A stretch of 64,000 nucleotides of DNA, taken from positions 16,616,001 through 16,680,000 of the forward strand of contig CM097886.1 in NCBI GenBank assembly GCA_044892525.1, in the 5' to 3' direction. Shown piece after piece: positions 62,950 to 64,000 of the stretch (its first letter is position 1; each line of letters opens with the position of its first letter). The notes under the pieces are model-generated. The model was not told the DNA's origin. It was given only the letters and a program-made list of their open reading frames with translations, and did not search any database. This DNA comes from Schmidtea polychroa. Its lineage: Eukaryota. The translations under genes were made by a program, and so were the position numbers.

Positions 62950-62998
62950 GAGAGAAGCCTCTTTTTCTGGAGAGAAGCCTCTTTTTCTAGATAAATAA

Positions 62999-63931
62999 AT
63001 GGCTTGTAATAAATTTGGTTTATACAATGATGGTTTAAAAGATGAAGATGTTATAATGCTTACAGAAAAAAGATTTGTTAATGAGAGGGGTGACAGCATG
63101 AAAGGAGATTTATTTTTAAATAGTCACAAGATAAAAGAATTAGGCCCTCCAACCGATAATCTTGACGCTGTTAATAAAGCATACCTCGAGAGCTATGTGA
63201 ATTACTATGTGCATTCCTATATGCGGCCCCTTCTGCGTTCCTATACACTTACATTTCTGAGTGACTATATGCCTGAGTATGTGACCTCCTATATGAATTC
63301 CTATATGCCTATGCATATAAACCGTCCTATCGATAATTTGGCTACAAGGCTTTTAAATTTAGAAACCCGTTGTTGTTGCATTGATACTTCTCAGGCCTGG
63401 AGGGTTAGAGCAGCGGAACTGAAAGAAAATAAATTGCTATCAGTAATGGAGTACAAACATTTTTTAAAGGTAGATTCTTTAATTGTCGAAGGTAAAGATT
63501 GGTCGTGTTATATGGTTGTTAAAATCATTGACCCTTATTTCTATTTATTCATAGATGGTTCTAACACCATGACATGGTTTGCAAAATCTGTGTATAATAC
63601 TAAATTAAAAAAAGGAGATGTTATAGTTACTGATTACAATCATTCTAAAGGTCTCTGGCATAATGGCATTAATACTGGACGCCCTTACAAAGTATTAAAT
63701 ACAACTATTGCTCTTGCAAAGACACAAGTAGAATACATTGATATAATATATTATAATAAAAACATTAATCAAGACACATATTATACACTATGCAATTTAT
63801 ATAGAGATGTATTAACAAAAGTAACTGAGTATGACATGCGAGTAATATTACACAGCCATGATTCTCCTAAACATTCAATGATATTATCCCAATTTAGAGA
63901 CTCTAAAAATCTGAAGCCTCTAAAACTCTAG
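62999..63931 (+). CDS. Putative fibre/receptor-binding protein
   Basis: N-terminal NKFG and a GDSMKGDLFLNSHKIKELGPP..NLDAVNKAY fibre-shaft-like repeat, followed by a beta-rich C-terminal domain; located next to the penton gene. Confidence 0.5.
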   Translation: MACNKFGLYNDGLKDEDVIMLTEKRFVNERGDSMKGDLFLNSHKIKELGPPTDNLDAVNKAYLESYVNYYVHSYMRPLLRSYTLTFLSDYMPEYVTSYMNSYMPMHINRPIDNLATRLLNLETRCCCIDTSQAWRVRAAELKENKLLSVMEYKHFLKVDSLIVEGKDWSCYMVVKIIDPYFYLFIDGSNTMTWFAKSVYNTKLKKGDVIVTDYNHSKGLWHNGINTGRPYKVLNTTIALAKTQVEYIDIIYYNKNINQDTYYTLCNLYRDVLTKVTEYDMRVILHSHDSPKHSMILSQFRDSKNLKPLKL

Positions 63932-64000
63932 GGGAGGGGGAGAAAGGGGGAAGGGGGAGAAATATCATTTTTATCGCCTAATAAATGGGGGATCAAAAAG

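Larger units (their letters stand above)
56874..64000. mobile_element. Endogenous Polinton/Maverick (adintovirus-like) element, morphogenesis module; continues beyond the window
   Basis: AGTAGT terminus plus eight tightly packed intronless open ORFs including MCP, ATPase, protease and minor capsid. Confidence 0.88.

Noticed and set aside
57185-62990. Short tandem repeats as CRISPR-like arrays
   Set aside because: No unique spacers, eukaryotic context and no cas genes.
1-64000. Naming the host species
   Set aside because: The cofilin fragment looks flatworm-like from memory and intron sizes fit, but this cannot be confirmed without a search.

Overview
Very AT-rich eukaryotic (metazoan-like) genomic window with four N-gaps (38426-38687, 42694-42838, 46531-46714, 52169-52388) and very short host introns (about 40-62 nt). 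Host genes: a long open minus-strand exon at 1-2403 that the ORF track misses (acidic repeat protein), a 13-exon DDB1 (10629-17928) and a 5-exon FIS1 (18110-25769). Much of the rest is transposon debris: pogo/Tigger, several hAT elements and MITEs, mariner, a tiny piggyBac-like element and gypsy pol/LTR remnants. It also holds a chimeric run of intronless cofilin, RACK1 and PRP19 fragments, and an old rearranged Polinton remnant (pPolB plus an integrase fragment with an apparent intron) inside a 489-bp inverted repeat. The last 7 kb (56874-64000) is an intact endogenous Polinton/adintovirus-like morphogenesis module of eight open ORFs: major capsid, a ZnF-PLA2-integrase-like fusion, A32-type ATPase, pX-like core protein, conserved unknown, adenain-like protease, minor capsid and fibre-like protein. 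It is preceded by a 294-bp unit bounded by a perfect 34-bp AGTAGT...ACTACT inverted repeat. The most novel-looking item is the PLA2 domain fused to an apparently catalytically dead rve-integrase core. All family assignments are from recalled motifs read by eye; no searches were run.
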